This document shows positions 43,461 to 57,821 of a stretch of 64,000 nucleotides of DNA, in pieces (the stretch's first letter is position 1; each line of letters starts with the position of its first letter). The translations under genes and the position numbers were made by a program. The stretch lies in assembly GCF_009914755.1 (NCBI RefSeq), contig NC_060925.1, one strand, 5' to 3'. The notes beneath the pieces were generated by a model. That model made no database searches. It was not told the origin of the DNA and worked only from the letters and a program-made list of their open reading frames with translations. Source of the DNA: the human T2T-CHM13v2.0 reference genome, Homo sapiens.

Positions 43461-43756
43461 GGCTAGGCACAGTGGCTCATGCTGTAATCCTAACATTTTG
43501 GGAGACGACAGTGGGTGGATCACCTGAGGTCAAGTGTTCAAGGGTAGCCTGGCCAAATGGTGAAATTCCATCTTCTACTAAAAATATAAAAATTAGCCAG
43601 TTGTGGTGGCACACCCCTGTAATCCCAACTACTTGGGAGGCTGAGGCACAAGAATCGCTTGAAACCAGGAGGCAGAGGTTGCAGTGAGTCCAGATTGCAC
43701 CATGCACTCCAGCCTGGGTGACAGAGTGAGACTCTGTGTCACAAAAAAGAAAAAAA
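43461..43756 (+). mobile_element. AluS-type element
   Basis: Full dimer; TSD core AAGTTCTAA on both sides. Confidence 0.92.
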
Positions 43757-43984
43757 GGAAGTTCTAAATAAGCTTTTTTTATATATTTTTTTATATGGAT
43801 AATTTAACTCCCAAGGCCAGGAACTAATAACATGTGATGGACATCAAAAAAGGAGAAAACCAATAATCAATGAAATAAATAGAAATCAAGAAACTGAAGG
43901 AGGCTGTTATCAGAGAAAGAAAAGGCACAAGAAATTGGATAATCTAGATACCTGGGTAATAAATTCAAGCCTCATGTAAAACAG

Positions 43985-44331
43985 TGCTGTGATCAGAAAA
44001 TTTATGTCCCTGGCAAATTCATATGTTGAAATCCTCACCCCCAAGGTGATGGCATTTAGGAGCTGGGGCAATTGGGGGCAATTAAGTCATGGGGAGTCCA
44101 TGAAAGGAATTAGTGTCCTTATAAAAGAGACCCCAGAGATCCCCTTTGTTTCTTCCATCTTGTGCGGTTAGATGGCTGTCTATGAGGAAGTGGGTCCTCA
44201 CTAGACATGGATCTGCTAGCACCTTGATCTTGGACATTCCAGCCTCCAGAACTGTGAGAAATAAATGTCTATTGCTTATGAGCCATCCTGTCTATGGTAC
44301 TTTGTTACAGCAGCCTGAATGGATTAAGACA
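43985..44331 (+). mobile_element. MaLR LTR (MLT1A0-like)
   Basis: TG...AAGACA termini, CCAGCCTCCAGAACTGTGAGAAATAAA; exact 5-bp TSD AACAG. Confidence 0.88.
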
Positions 44332-46123
44332 AACAGCAATGGCTCTATTTTCAATTGAGAATTAACCAAAAGGAAAATGGGTGTTTCAGTTCATTACTCT
44401 TAGTTGTACTCAAATGATAATTATGATCATTTACATTATGATACTGTATGGATACACACAATCCCATTTTATTTTCGTAAAAATTTTGAGAGAGAAGTTA
44501 TTTGTAATTCTTCCTATCAAATCAGTGTAAGCCACCTAATTCCCTGAGCAAAGAGTATAGTCTTGCAGAGCTCAGCTCTGAGGACCAGCAATATGGCAGG
44601 ATCAGGTTCCTAATTTGCTCCCATCTCCTTAGAAAAGCGAGGGAACATCTGTGGTTTGATACTCTTGGTATCCCTCAGTTGAAGTCAGCGTAGGTCTTTC
44701 TCACTACTCCCCCTCTCCCGTTTTGCCTTGTTCAGTGGTCTGGAGACAGTAGAGTAGGCAATGTCTACGTGACTGTGAACAGCACGCTCCTTCCGCTCCT
44801 CCTCAGAAGAGATTCCGGCTTCCGTCTTAAGAGGGCAGCCCCACTATTGATCATCTGCTTGTCATTGTCCTCTAGCTCCCTCTGTCAGGTCTTCCTCTAA
44901 TCCTGTTATCCTTCTTGGAGTGTGATTCTCTGCACCCATCCCACCTCCACCATCTTTGTTAAAATATTTTGCTTTTTCAGCATAATTTAAAACCCAAGAT
45001 AGGAGGAAGTCTACTCTGAATTATTCTCTTTAGTTCTGACCACCTGGTGGTCAACTCGGAATCTGTATTATTTGCATCATACTACACACAGTATTTCTCA
45101 TTACAGATGGATCTTTTAGGCATATTTCTCCTTTATTTTCTACCTGAACATAAATTAAAAGGAAAGTGTAGAGTGTTCCTCATTTAAAAAAAATTTCTAC
45201 ATACTAGATAATTTTAATATAGAACACATGATAAGGAAGATCTGCCATGAAACTGTATGAAAAATATTTGAAAAATCAGTTAATGAAGTGGTAATTTTAG
45301 TCTGAATGTTTTAAAATGGAATGCCATTAAAAACACTTTAAAATATGGTATTTCTGATACGATTTATTAATCATGAAGAAGCACATATTGTGTTTTCATA
45401 TCTTAAAACCAACAGAGTGACTTTTGATTTTCAGAGAGGTTTAATGTTCCTATTCAAATTTCAACTGTTTCTACAATTTTTGTTTTAATTGAATGATCTT
45501 AAAGTGTTTAGAGATTTTACTTCTCAAACAGGCCCTTTCCCAGGATTTCCTCTCAGAAAGTACATTAAATCTTCCATATTTGAACAGCAGCTTGATCTCT
45601 AGAGCTTTCCTCTGTATGTCTATTTAGCAGAATCTGCTCTAATAAGCTTACTTTTCCTTAGGAATTATTCTTTTCAGTCTTTAAATGAAACTTCCACTTC
45701 CTTCCAGGATCTTCTTACTACACAATTCATCTGCCTAGACAGTACCTGTTTCTTCCTCTTCTCGATTAATAGTTGTTTGGAATTTTTACTCAAAAGTTTT
45801 TCTTGCTATTTATGATAGAATGAATATTAAGTCAAATCTGGAGTGAACTTCCTTGATTGAAATTGTTCTTTGCTGGCATTGAAATAAATGCATGTGGAAG
45901 GAGCAGTGATAGTGAGAGAGTCAGCTTCTGTTGAATATCTCTGTAAAGGGACTGTCTTCCATGTGGTTCACTTAGATCTGCTCTCCTCATTTCAGACTCC
46001 TTCTCCAGGGCTCCAATATATTCTGCCTCACACTTCCAGTCCCCGCCTGAATGAATGGCCCTCAACCCTTCTTCTGGAGGCAAAGAAATCTGAGGCTTTC
46101 TCCATTCTTTTAAATCTTGTAAT

Positions 46124-46517
46124 ACATATTAGTTTGTTAGGAATGCCATAAGAAAATACCACAGACAGAGTGGCTTAAACAACAGAAATTTATTTTCTCA
46201 CAATTCTGGAGGCTAGAAGTCTAAGATCAAGGTGTCAGTGGGGTGGATTTCTTCTAAGGCCTTTCTTCTTGGTTTGTAGATGGTCATTTTCTCTCTCTCT
46301 GTTTCTTCACATGATCTTTCCTCTGGGCTTGTCTATGCCCTAATCTCTCCTTTTTATAAGGACAGTCAGTCATACTGGATCCACTTTAATGACCTCATTT
46401 AGCCTAAAATTACCTCTTTAAAGATCCTATCTCCACATATCATCACATTCTGGGGTACTGGGGGTTAGGACTTTAACAAATGAGTTGGAGGTGTTGGGGC
46501 ATAAATCAGCCCACAAC
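46124..46517 (-). mobile_element. MaLR LTR (MLT1B-like)
   Basis: GTGGCTTAAACAACAGAAATTTATTTTCTCACAATTCTGGAGGCTAGAAGTC. Confidence 0.85.
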
Positions 46518-47901
46518 ACTCTATGTCTTAGTTCTTTGAGCTTTAAGAGCCTATTTGTGAGTTGTTGAAAACCAGCAAATTTATTGTTTCTCCTTCTTTG
46601 TCCTTGTTATAGAAAAAAACTAATTTTCCTTGAGGAAATGATTAATTGGTAAGATTATATATAAAGAAAAGCACACATGTTACTATTTTAAGACAGTATT
46701 TTACTGCTCCTACACTTGTGCTTGGCACTTCCTAAAATTAATGACCTTGATTAAATATGCACTGACTGTGTCAGTGTATGGAAGAGGAAACTGACCTGCA
46801 GAGTATAGGTCAGGTGCATAAGGTCACTTGGCCATTGGTAGTCATGACAAGAATAGAAGGCAGGAATGTCTGTCTGTAAGACCAAAGCCCTAATTGTAAC
46901 AGTGACTATCTTCAATTTAAATTGGGCAAAAGTGTTTAAGTGTATTATATGGTATTAATGATTTATATTGCTTATAGTTAATGGAAGAAGAATACCAAAA
47001 GAGTAACGTGGTGGCCTGAATTGGCTTAGTAATAATTGCTGACATCCATGGTAGTGTCCTCTTGTTGCCATATGGTACTCAATGAAGAATTAACAAACCT
47101 TATATTACTGCTTTTGGTCCTAAGGCTTTTGAGCATAGGGCAAGACAAAAGAGAAAGTCTCTCTTCCACACACTAAATGGGGGCAGAGACCGGGCCATTC
47201 TGGTTTCTGAGTTTTATCCCACTTCTTGGAGAGGAGTGTCACTTACTTTGTACTTCAGCATCCCTTGCCCCTTGTTTATACTCCTTACAAAACAATACCA
47301 ATACATGACAGAGCCAGTGGGCATATAAGTTACCGGTATAGGAAAGAATTTCAATGGATGTAGACTGTTTTCCACATTTAAGGATTGTTTTCCTTTCCAG
47401 AAAGGAAAATGGCCAATCTAATAATTTTGATGATGATAATCATAATGACAGTGAAATGGTGGAAATTAATTCCATGTTCTATGGTTTGGGCTTTGCATAT
47501 AATTGTATTAGTGAGCAAAAAATAAAAAAAGATCTTGACAGACCCATTGAAATGGAATAAATTACAAAATTAATCAAATCTATTTGTCATTATTCCTGGC
47601 ATATTTTATTTTTAGATTTTATTTATAAAAAGATGAATAATTAACTTTACTTATAACAAAGTAAGCTATTCATGGGAACTCCAAGTCCCATAAATTACTT
47701 CACCTTTCTTTAAAAGCAATGCAGAAAATATCTGTTGCCACTTTACTATTATCTTATTAGTAATTAAATTTTAATCAGGAATTTGGAAAGTACACATTAA
47801 TGCAATGATTTGTATACTTGACCAAAGACTATGCGGAGGAAGGTATAAAATGAAAGTGAAGAAAATTATGAGGGATGAAATGGGAGAGAATGTGGAAATG
47901 A

Positions 47902-48245
<344 letters not shown>

Positions 48246-49090
48246 TCAAGATTCTTAAGAAGAACATGAAGGTTTTGGCTTACTTACCCAACAATGAAAG
48301 AGAAGAGAGCTGTGTAAAAACAGTGTTATGAAGGAATAAGATTTGTTCATGGTCCCCAACATAGATGAATTAGCTATGTGTTTAAATTGCAGGTTTTAAT
48401 TAGTTGTAAAGAATTTCCCAACTTTTCAGTTGCAAAATCCAGGAAAAGGTTAATAAAGATAGATCGTTCATTGGCTCATTTAACCATTTAATTAATTTAA
48501 CTATTATTTGTTAAGTATGTATTGTGTATGAGGCACTGTGTAAGCACTGGGCATGCTTCTATCGTTAAGATTGAGACTATCATTGGCTTTATTTATCTTA
48601 TAGGCTTTCAGAAACTTTGTCATCTTCATGAATATTCTAATGAATAGACAGAGGTCCCCAATTAAATTGCTACTTCCGAATTCTGAGGCTTTACCTCATT
48701 AAATTCAGCAGGGAGTTTTCCCTGTTCTCTGAGGTTTGCTACTATTCCTGAAGTGTGGAAGAGGAGAAGCATTTTCTCTAATCCCATCAGCAAGTGTGGA
48801 CAACATTTCTGTTTTCTCTCCCTTAAAGTTTCAGGAAGTTTTAAGAAAAAGTTTACTGGAGGCACATTAGAGGTGAGACAAACATCTTGCTTACAGTGGT
48901 GGTTTAGGTAGAGGATCCATTTCTTATGTACTGAGTGCTAGTATGCTGAGGAGGGGCACAGGTCTGAAAAAGGGAAAAACAGAGTAAAATGCATCAAAGC
49001 TCAAGGGAGAGGTAAAGGATCAATGAGGTAGAGGTTCTATGCAGAGGTGGATGGGCGGTGTCTGTGGGCGTGTATGTTGAAAACAGATGG

Positions 49091-49446
49091 TGTTATGGAT
49101 TAAATGTCTGTGTCCCCCTAAAAATCACATGCTGGAACCTAAGACCCAATGTGATAGTATTAAGAGGAGGGTCTTTAGGAGATGATTAAATCTGAAGATT
49201 AGTGCCCTTATAAAAAAGGTCAAGGGAACTAGTTAGGCCCTTTGACCTTCCACCTTGGCCATTTTGAGGACACAGCACCAAAGTGCCCTTCTGAGAGCAG
49301 AGAGCAAGCCTTCATCAGACGCAGAATCTACTGGTGTCTTGATCTTGGACTTCCCAGCTTCCAGAACTGTGAGCAATAAAGTTCCATTCCTTATAAATTA
49401 TTCAGTCTCAGGCATTTTGTGATAGCAGCATGAACAGACTAAGACA
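49091..49446 (+). mobile_element. MaLR LTR (MSTD/MLT1A-like)
   Basis: TG..CA termini, exact TSD GATGG, TTGATCTTGGACTTCCCAG..CAGAACTGTGAG. Confidence 0.88.
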
Positions 49447-50063
49447 GATGGGTATATGTTTTTCATTTGCCTGTGGTGTTTGGCCCTTGGCAAGATAGTG
49501 ACGCATATTTTGAACATCATGTGGCAAGTTGTGCAACATCCTGTCTCTGCAAGAGCTCAAATGTCTCCTGCTGCACCTTCTTCATACTCAGTTGCAGATT
49601 GAGTCGAACTCCCGTCTCCAAACCCAGGCTTCCTGCTTAGGAAGAAGAAGTGAGCTCTTACCCGTGCCTTTTTCATTAAATAGGCTCTTTCCCCTTCCTT
49701 GTCTCTTGAGTCCAAACCCTTACTTGTAATGAGAACCTGGACTTAACACTTGTGTAGTATTTCAGTTCACTGGATCCTAGCTTGCTCTTGGGACTCTTTT
49801 CTCCTATCCTCTTTGAACCAGTTCCCATAACTGGCCATTATTTCCTCCCAAGAGGTTCCCCGATGTTCACTGCCTCTCAGCTGTGGGTTTTTTGTATGCC
49901 GGAACGACCCCCTGACATCCTACTCTGTCTCACTAATATGGAATGCTGCCTACATTTCTGCCCTTGTTTGGTAAAGAGGGATTTGGGGGATAATTCTTGA
50001 CTCATCAGCGACCTTCTCTCTTTTGTATTCAGCTTGTAATCATGCTAATTCTGGTTCTGTGGC

Positions 50064-50396
50064 TGTCATAGTCAGTTTAGGCTGCTATTATGAACTACCA
50101 TAGACTGGGTGGCTTACAACAATAGGCATTTGTTCCTCACTGTTCTGAAGTCTGGGGAGTTCAAGATCAAGATGCCTGCAGATTTGGTGTCTAGTGAGGG
50201 CCCTTCCTCATAGCCATCATCTCACTCTAACCTCACATAGAAGGGATGAGGGGTCTCTCTCAGCCTCCTATTCATGAGGGCTCCAGGCCTATGATCTATG
50301 CACCTCCTAAAGCCCCCACCTCCTAATACCATTACATTGGGGGTAAGAATTTCAACATACGAATTTTAGGGGGTCACAAACATTCAGAACATGGCA
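50064..50396 (-). mobile_element. MaLR LTR (MLT1A-like)
   Basis: TACCATAGACTGGGTGGCTTA..CAAGATCAAGATGCC..ACAAACATTCAGA; TSD GTGG(C/G). Confidence 0.85.
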
Positions 50397-50908
50397 GTGG
50401 GGTTGTAGAAATATTAGCTAGAATTAAGGATCACTGTGTATACAAACCATAAAGTTGAAAGTGATTGTATTGATTAGATAATATGTTTGCTAAGATTACC
50501 TCTTGAACTGTCTAAGATGATAGAGGAAAATAATCCTAGCTGACAAGCTTGAGAATAAATTGGGAGTAACAACCACCTGTCAAGGGAGGGGGCTCCAGAA
50601 CACTGAGAAGAAGAGGACAGTTGGGCACAGGGGCACCCGAAGAGCATGTGATGCTCAGCCTAGACACAAACTCTGACTGCTGGACCCACAGGCCAACTGC
50701 AGCTCTCAGAGGAATGAGGAAATACTTTGAGAAAACTTCTTAGAATTCTATGAGGAACAAACCTGCCATTTTCTATTTGTCTAGAGTCCAGTAACTCTGC
50801 CCTGCTGGAACCTGTCTTGAAACCCTTGGGGGTTCTCTGGCCTTTCACAATTCTAAAGCCATGTTGTGCTCCCCGTAATTAAAGGTAGAAGGAAGAAGCT
50901 TTAGCTTT

Positions 50909-51270
50909 GTTTATTATTTTATTATTATTTTTTATTTTTCCATCAGTTATAGGGGTATTGGGGTACACGTGGTATTTGGTTACATGAGTAAGTTCTTCAG
51001 TGGTGATTTGTGGGATTTTGGTGCACTCGTCACCTGAGCAGTATAAACTGCCCCACATTTGTAGTCTTTTATCCCTTGACCCCCTCCTGCCCTTCCCTCC
51101 AAGTCTCCAAAGTCCATTGTATCATTCTTATGTCTTTGCGTCCTCATAGCTTAGCTCCCACATATTGGTGAGGACATACGATATTTGATTTTCCATTCCT
51201 GAGTTACATCACTTAGAATAATAGTCTCCAGTCTCACCTAGGTCACTGCAAATGCTGTTAATTCATTCCT
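50909..51270 (-). mobile_element. L1PB-type 3'UTR fragment
   Basis: GGTATTTGGTTACATGAGTAAGTTCTT..CCTCATAGCTTAGCTCCCAC; TSD AAGCTTTAGCTTT at 50896-50908 and 51273-51285. Confidence 0.9.
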
Positions 51271-52129
51271 AAAAGCTTTAGCTTTTTGTTCTTCACTCGC
51301 CTAAGTAGCATTGGGGGCCACACTCTCTTTTTTGGAAGAAAGAGAAAGGAATTTTAATTACAGTTTTAAAATGCAACCCCAACTTGCTGCAATATTACCT
51401 TAATACTTTAGTTTCCTGTCTGAACACTATCCCATGGCTTTCTTATAATAATTTCTTTACTTCTATTTTGGACTGTGATGTATCAGTCTAGTTATTATAT
51501 TTTAGTCATTAAGTAATTCAATCTAAAAACAAAAACGTTTGTTAAGCGACTATGCTAATTGCTGAGGGTAAATAGTAAAATACAATTCAATCTCTAGTTT
51601 TAAGGAGGAAAACCAACAGATGAATCACTAAGTGGCATAAAGTGATATGGAGGCTGTGACAAAAATATGTATAGGATAAAGTGGAGGCAGAAGGGAGAGG
51701 GATCAGGTACCATAGTTGAAATGACTTTTGGGTGAGTTTTGAAAGTCCCATAAGTCAATTTCAATGCCTGTTTTGTACTGGCTCCAACACTGGTGTCAGG
51801 CCAGACTTGCTTCCCTTAACAAAGTCCTTTATCTTCTCTTGGATTTATCATTCTCATTCACAAAACAGCAAAGAAACAATCACTCCAAAGTGTTATGTTA
51901 TCTCCAGATTGAGGCTTTAATTATCAGGTCTTTACAATTTATTATAATCTTAAGCAAATGTCCGAAAATGTCATAGTAGAATGGAAAGCAAATTTCTTTG
52001 CTCAGAATTTGTAGAAGATTGAAATCTACAAAGAGGCAGCTTAGACCTGGCTTTGGTGAGTACTTAGGTTTCATCAATTTGAGAATGAGGATGCTTCACT
52101 GCTTTTAAAAACAGAAACAAAAAACTTAC

Positions 52130-52276
52130 CTGCTCCTTGCATTTTAAGAAACTGGCATTCAACATGTTTTGGGGAATTGGCAGATGGCTTCATTTTCAAC
52201 ATTTCTGTAGTTGTGCCTCTGGAGATGTAGACAGTCCCTGTGGCTTTACTGAAATAGTTTTTCAAGTATCGAGTAC
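52130..52276 (-). other. Candidate internal exon (147 bp) of a minus-strand transcript
   Basis: Acceptor CACTTCCCAATTTCAG|G and consensus donor CAG|GTAAGT in unique sequence; no expression evidence. Confidence 0.35.
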
Positions 52277-52965
52277 CTGAAATTGGGAAGTGGGCCATAT
52301 TTTTATACATCTAGTGCATCTGGTCTTACCATTTTTCCTGAGTTTGTCAAAGCTTTTAGAAAGAGAAAACCAAAGTTGTCACAAATAGATGGATGGTTTG
52401 CCAGTGACCTCACAATAAAAAGTTTTAGATCAAGAGCAAATTTATCTTGAATATTTTTATCAGTGCCCATCAACAGCTAAGTTTCTCAAAGAGAGACACT
52501 GTTGGCTGATTTAAAGGGTGTTTGGTAGATAAATATATTATTTGTATCAAAGTGTTATCATCTCTTTCCACCTTTATGTGAATTATGTGACAAACGTTCT
52601 ATTATCCTTGTTTAGTGAATGATGGGTTTAAGAGCAAATGAGATCAGGTAGTTTGTACAATCTGAGACAGCTGGCATGGGGGCAGAACCAGGAATGAATA
52701 CACTAACTCCATGTGGTTTCCATTCTACCAGTCTATGGTTGTGCCAAGAATATTCTAGGCTCCTTGAAAACAATGATTATTTTTAACATTTATGTTTCAT
52801 TTTGTGCCAAATACCACTCTGGGAGTGGATGGTTTGATTTCCTCAATTTATGACACTACTTTCTAGGGATTTGTAGGTTACTATACCAAAAAAAGTCAAA
52901 ATATGAAACTATAAAAGCCCACTGTCTAACATCTTGTGTTCTTTGAATAAAGTACTGTCAAGAAC

Positions 52966-53391
52966 TGTGAAGGGCCCGAGATTTCATCCTACTTGTAAGC
53001 TATCAAGTTAGTCTATCACAGCTTCCTGGAGGCTGGTAGAAGACACAGATTCCTTAGAACAGTAGCAGTAGCCAAAGCATCAGCATTTCTCATGCTATTT
53101 CCCTGAGCCTCAGTTCCTACAGAGTGCTGCCAAGAGGGCCAGATAACAACTGCACATGTAATGGATTGCACTGTAGAAGGGGAACCCTGAGCCCAAGATT
53201 ACCCAAATCTTTTATAGTGGGCAGTAAGCATGCTTGCTTTTTGCTCCAGAGGGAGACACTATCTCTATCTTCCAAAGTTGTTTAATTACAAACATCCTTG
53301 AAATGATAGTCCAGAACAAAGGGCAGTTAGGCAGCTTGCAAGATGTGTACTTGCAACTCGAAGACAATTCATGGAGGATTGTCTCAGAATA
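52966..53391 (-). mobile_element. ERVL-type solo LTR (MER74/MER54-like)
   Basis: TGTGAAGGGCCCGAGATTTCATCCTACTTGTAAGCTATCAAGTTAG...; homologous to 2049-2668. Confidence 0.65.
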
Positions 53392-53667
53392 TATTCTCAA
53401 TTCCTTACATATTTGTATAATCAAGCTTCTCCTTACCTCTGCAGCCTCCTTTAGAGATCCTTCTAGCAGCACTTGCTGTGCTCTGGGCACTCCAGTCCTT
53501 TCTTAGCTCTTGAGTTGTGCCATGCTCCATTCCTTCAGAGGTCTGCCACAGGGTTTCCTCTGTCCAGAAGTAATCAACCTCCACCCTCGGCTCCTTATTC
53601 TTCAGGTCCCAGCTTCAACCTAAGTTCCTTAGGAAAATTTCTGACTTCCCACCAGCTCCTCGGTGCC

Positions 53668-54156
53668 TTGAATGATTTGAACTATTACCTTATGTGTAAG
53701 CTAACAAGTTACTCTACCAGTTCATAGATGCTGGCAGAAGACATGAGCCTCCTGGGTCAGATATAACTTTATTACTCACTGTATAGCAGGCAGCTGAGCT
53801 GCATGTTCTCGTCAGTTTCCCTTGTCCCTGAAGTCTCATTAGGGTGATGCAGAGCAGCCCAGGTCAATGCTGCACACAAGTGGGTTTGTACCAAAGCTGA
53901 GGAAACTTGAGCTTAAGAAACCCTGATATTCTGGAGGGGAATGCCAGCAAATCTGTCCAGTCTTTTCCCTGGAAGGAGACATTGTCTTTACTGTACTAGT
54001 CAGGAAATAAATCTTCCCTCTGCTTCAGAAAGAGGCATTATCGTTATTGTCCAAGGCTATTTATTATACAAACATCCTTAAAAAGAAAGTTTTGAACAAA
54101 AAGTGAGACAAGATGTGCATAAATGTAAAAGACCCACACACAACAGTCTTCCAACA
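53668..54156 (-). mobile_element. ERVL-type solo LTR (MER74/MER54-like), second nearby copy
   Basis: TAAGCTAACAAGTTA..GATGCTGGCAGAAGACATGAG..CTCCTGGGTCAG..CTTTATTACTCAC..CCAACA. Confidence 0.65.
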
Positions 54157-54239
54157 CTCTCCACTACACTGTCTATATTACAGTAGGTTTACCTTGTAAT
54201 AAACTTTTACAAAACTGTTTATTTCTATAGCGCTTACTA

Positions 54240-54400
54240 CAATTATATTTAGGAAAATGTTAGTGCAATTATTTGTTTAATTTCTATCTTCCTCACTAGG
54301 TTCTAAATTACATACCAATAGAGACCATATTTATTTTGTGTCATAAACATGTAACTCTGCAAAGCCTATCTAAGCTGTACCATAGAAACTTGTTGAATGA
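54240..54400 (+). mobile_element. L2 3' end fragment
   Basis: ATTATTTGTTTAATTTCTATCTTCCTCACTAG..TTGTTGAATGA. Confidence 0.5.
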
Positions 54401-56385
54401 GGAATATGATTGTGGCCTCCCTAATGGCTTGGAGCCTCCTTTGCGAAGCCTCCTAGCATTACACTTCCTGCACAATTGCAATGATGCCTTTACTTCTCTG
54501 AATCGTCTACTAGATTTGAAGCTTCTCCACAGGAGAGTCATCATTTCTTTCCCAGTGGCTAAAACAATGCCTTGCACAGAGTAGCAGCGTAGTGAATATG
54601 TACTTTTATCAATACATATCTAAAACTCCATATCAAAGCAGTCTTAAGATGGTAAACTGCTTTTGCAGCTCATTTCCTAATGTCCTGTAAGAAAAGAGAT
54701 AAATGAATAAAAAAATCTAAAATTATATCATTTTGATTCTGTGTTTCATTCATACTTAACTGAAAGTGGAAAAGTAGGTAGCTTATTTGGACAGCAGCAA
54801 TTGTTTGATTTGAGATTATCAAATCTTTATCAAGTAAATGTGATCAATAGCTTTTTAAAATTTTCTTATGTATCCGACATTTTTAAATTATTTATTTATT
54901 ACCCCATTGTTTAAAATATTTAGCTCAAACTTTTTATTTTAATGTGTGGCATCATAGCTTTGTTGAAAGTGAATGGGCTTTGGACTGGAAACACTACGAT
55001 TTCAATTTTGCCTTGGTCATTATGAATTCAGATAAGTTGTACCTCTTGTTTTTTTTCAACTCAAAAATAGGGGGATATTATACTTGTTTTATTGTGCCAG
55101 GAAATGAGCACTTGTCATTTGTTTGGGAAACACAACATCCTTTGGTTTAAAATTGGGAAAATTCTTTACCTTGTGTTTTGGGGGTGGTGGAGACCTCCTT
55201 CCCCTAGAAAGCTGGAGATCACCTTTATACTAAAGCACAGGGATGTAACAGAGGATCTGCTAGGCAGGTTCACCCACTCCAGTTTTTGACTTTGTAATTA
55301 GTGACACAATATAGTTGCTAGTGACACAACGTGCTTCCTCTCTGTCCCTCTTTCTGTTGAAGTGGTCAGTAGCCATGATTATGAGGCGTAGGTCTCGGCA
55401 CAGAAGTGACAGGGTAATGTCCAATGCTTGATGGTGGCAGCAACCCCTTCCTCATCACATCAGTCCTGCAGCACAGTTTTGGTGATCATTTCTGGAAACA
55501 CATTCAGCTTGGTTCTCTACACTCCTGCTGATTCTGAGAGCTTCTTTTGATACCTTTAATTTCGTTTTCTGCCTACTCAGTCCAAGTCAGCTTCTGTTGA
55601 AAACCTCGAGTGATACAGACTCAGCAGATGCATCATTCCAGTTTATGTAGGTCCAATGGGTTTGGCAAGTGAGAGTCAGGCTTGTAGGATTAGGTTAAGG
55701 CTGGGTTAGGAAGCTTCCAGCAAGCCCTGAGCCTGGGGCCTTAAATGGCTAATATTATAAGCATTGCATACAATTATTTGGTTCAGAAAGATGAGAATGG
55801 GACAGTCTTCTATGATTCAGGCATACACATACATTCTTTCTTTTGACTTTGTTTCTTCTAACGTTTGGTCTAACTTAATGATGAGAATGAAATGTACTGT
55901 TCATTTGCCAGGGAAGTGTCGAGAAAGGGTGTTCAGTAAGTATGAAACGCTGCTGTCTAAACAGGAAGGGGCAGCCAGTATGGAGGACACATCAGTAACT
56001 CCATTGAAATGGAAGCACTTACAAAAGTTCTCAAATTGCCCAACATTTGCACCAAACTATGCATTTTGGGGTGGAAGTGTTTAGGTTCCCTGATCATTAG
56101 TATAAAACTTTATGTGCAGAGTTAGCCTTTAATTTTGCTTTTAAAGACTTTCTAAATTCTCTAACACTACAAAAAATAATAAACTATAAAAAATCTACAC
56201 AATTCAGCTTTAGAGAAATTGGGGTGTAAAAATGAGAGACAAGGTGTCTTTTAGAACCCTGGACTTAGACACACGAGGCTCTGATTTCTTCTCCCCTAAC
56301 TCACCTACTGCCCAGCTCTATGACAGATAGCAGGATGCTTACACCCTCCTTGCCTCAGTGTCCTCATCTGTGAGGGTGGGTAACA

Positions 56386-56679
<294 letters not shown>

Positions 56680-56687
56680 TAAATTGA

Positions 56688-57821
56688 TTTTTTTTTTTAA
56701 TAGACTTTAATTTTTAGGGGAGATTTAAGTTCACAGTAAAATGGAGGAGAAAGCACATAACATTTCTGTTTACTTCCTTCCCCACACATGCACAACCCCT
56801 CCCACTGTCAACTTCCAGTGCCAGAGTGGCATATTTGTTATAATTGATGAAGTTACATTGACACATCATCACCCAATTCCACAGTTCACATTAGGCTTCA
56901 CTCTTGGTGTTGTAAATTCTATAGGTTTGGACAAATGTATTATGACACATATCTACCATTTTAGTGTCACACAGTGTAGTTTCACTGCCCTAAAAGTCCT
57001 CTGTGCTCTGCCTATTCATCCCTCCTTCCTGACTAATTCCTGCTGGTCACTGGCCGTTTTACTGTCTCCATTGTTTTGCCTTTTCCAGAATGTCATATAG
57101 TTGGAATCATATAACATGTTGCCTTTTCAGATTAGCTTCTTTCCTCTAGTGATATGCATTTAAGATCCCCCCATGTGTATTCATGTCTTGATAGCTCACT
57201 TTTAGCACTGAATACTATTCCATTGTCCGGATGTACCACATTTTATTTATCAGTTCACCCACTGAAGAACATGCTGGTTGCTTCCAAGTTTTGGCAACTA
57301 GAAATAAAGCTGCTATAAATATCCATGTGTAGGTTTTGTGTGGACCTAAGTTTTCAACTCACTTGAGTAAGTACCAAGGAGTGAGACTGCTAGATCGTAT
57401 ATTAAAAGCTTGTCTACTTTTATGGGAAACTGACAGTTTTCCACAGTGGCTGTACCATTTTGCATTCCCACTAGCAATGAATGAGAGTTCCTGTTTTTCC
57501 ACATCTTTGCCAGTGTTCGATATTGTCAGCATTTTCGATTTTAGTCATTCAAATAGGTGTGTAGTGGTATCTCATTTGTTGTTTTAATTTGCAATTCCCT
57601 AATGACACTTGGATGTTAAACATCTTTTCTTATTTGCCATCTGTATATCTATTTTGATGACATATATGTTCAGAACTTTGGTCCATTTTTTATTTGGATC
57701 TTTCATTTTCTTATTGTCGAGTCTTATAAGTTCTGTGTACATTTTGAATAATAGTCCTTTCCCAGATATGTGTTTTGCAAGTATTCTCTCCCTGTTTGTG
57801 GCTTATCCTCTCATTCTCTTG
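56688..57821 (-). mobile_element. L1MC-type LINE-1 3' fragment
   Basis: TAGACTTTAATTTTTAG..TTCACTCTTGGTGTTGTA..GGTTTGGACAAATGTAT..TACCATTTTGCATTCCCACTAGCAATGAATGAGAGTTCC. Confidence 0.88.
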
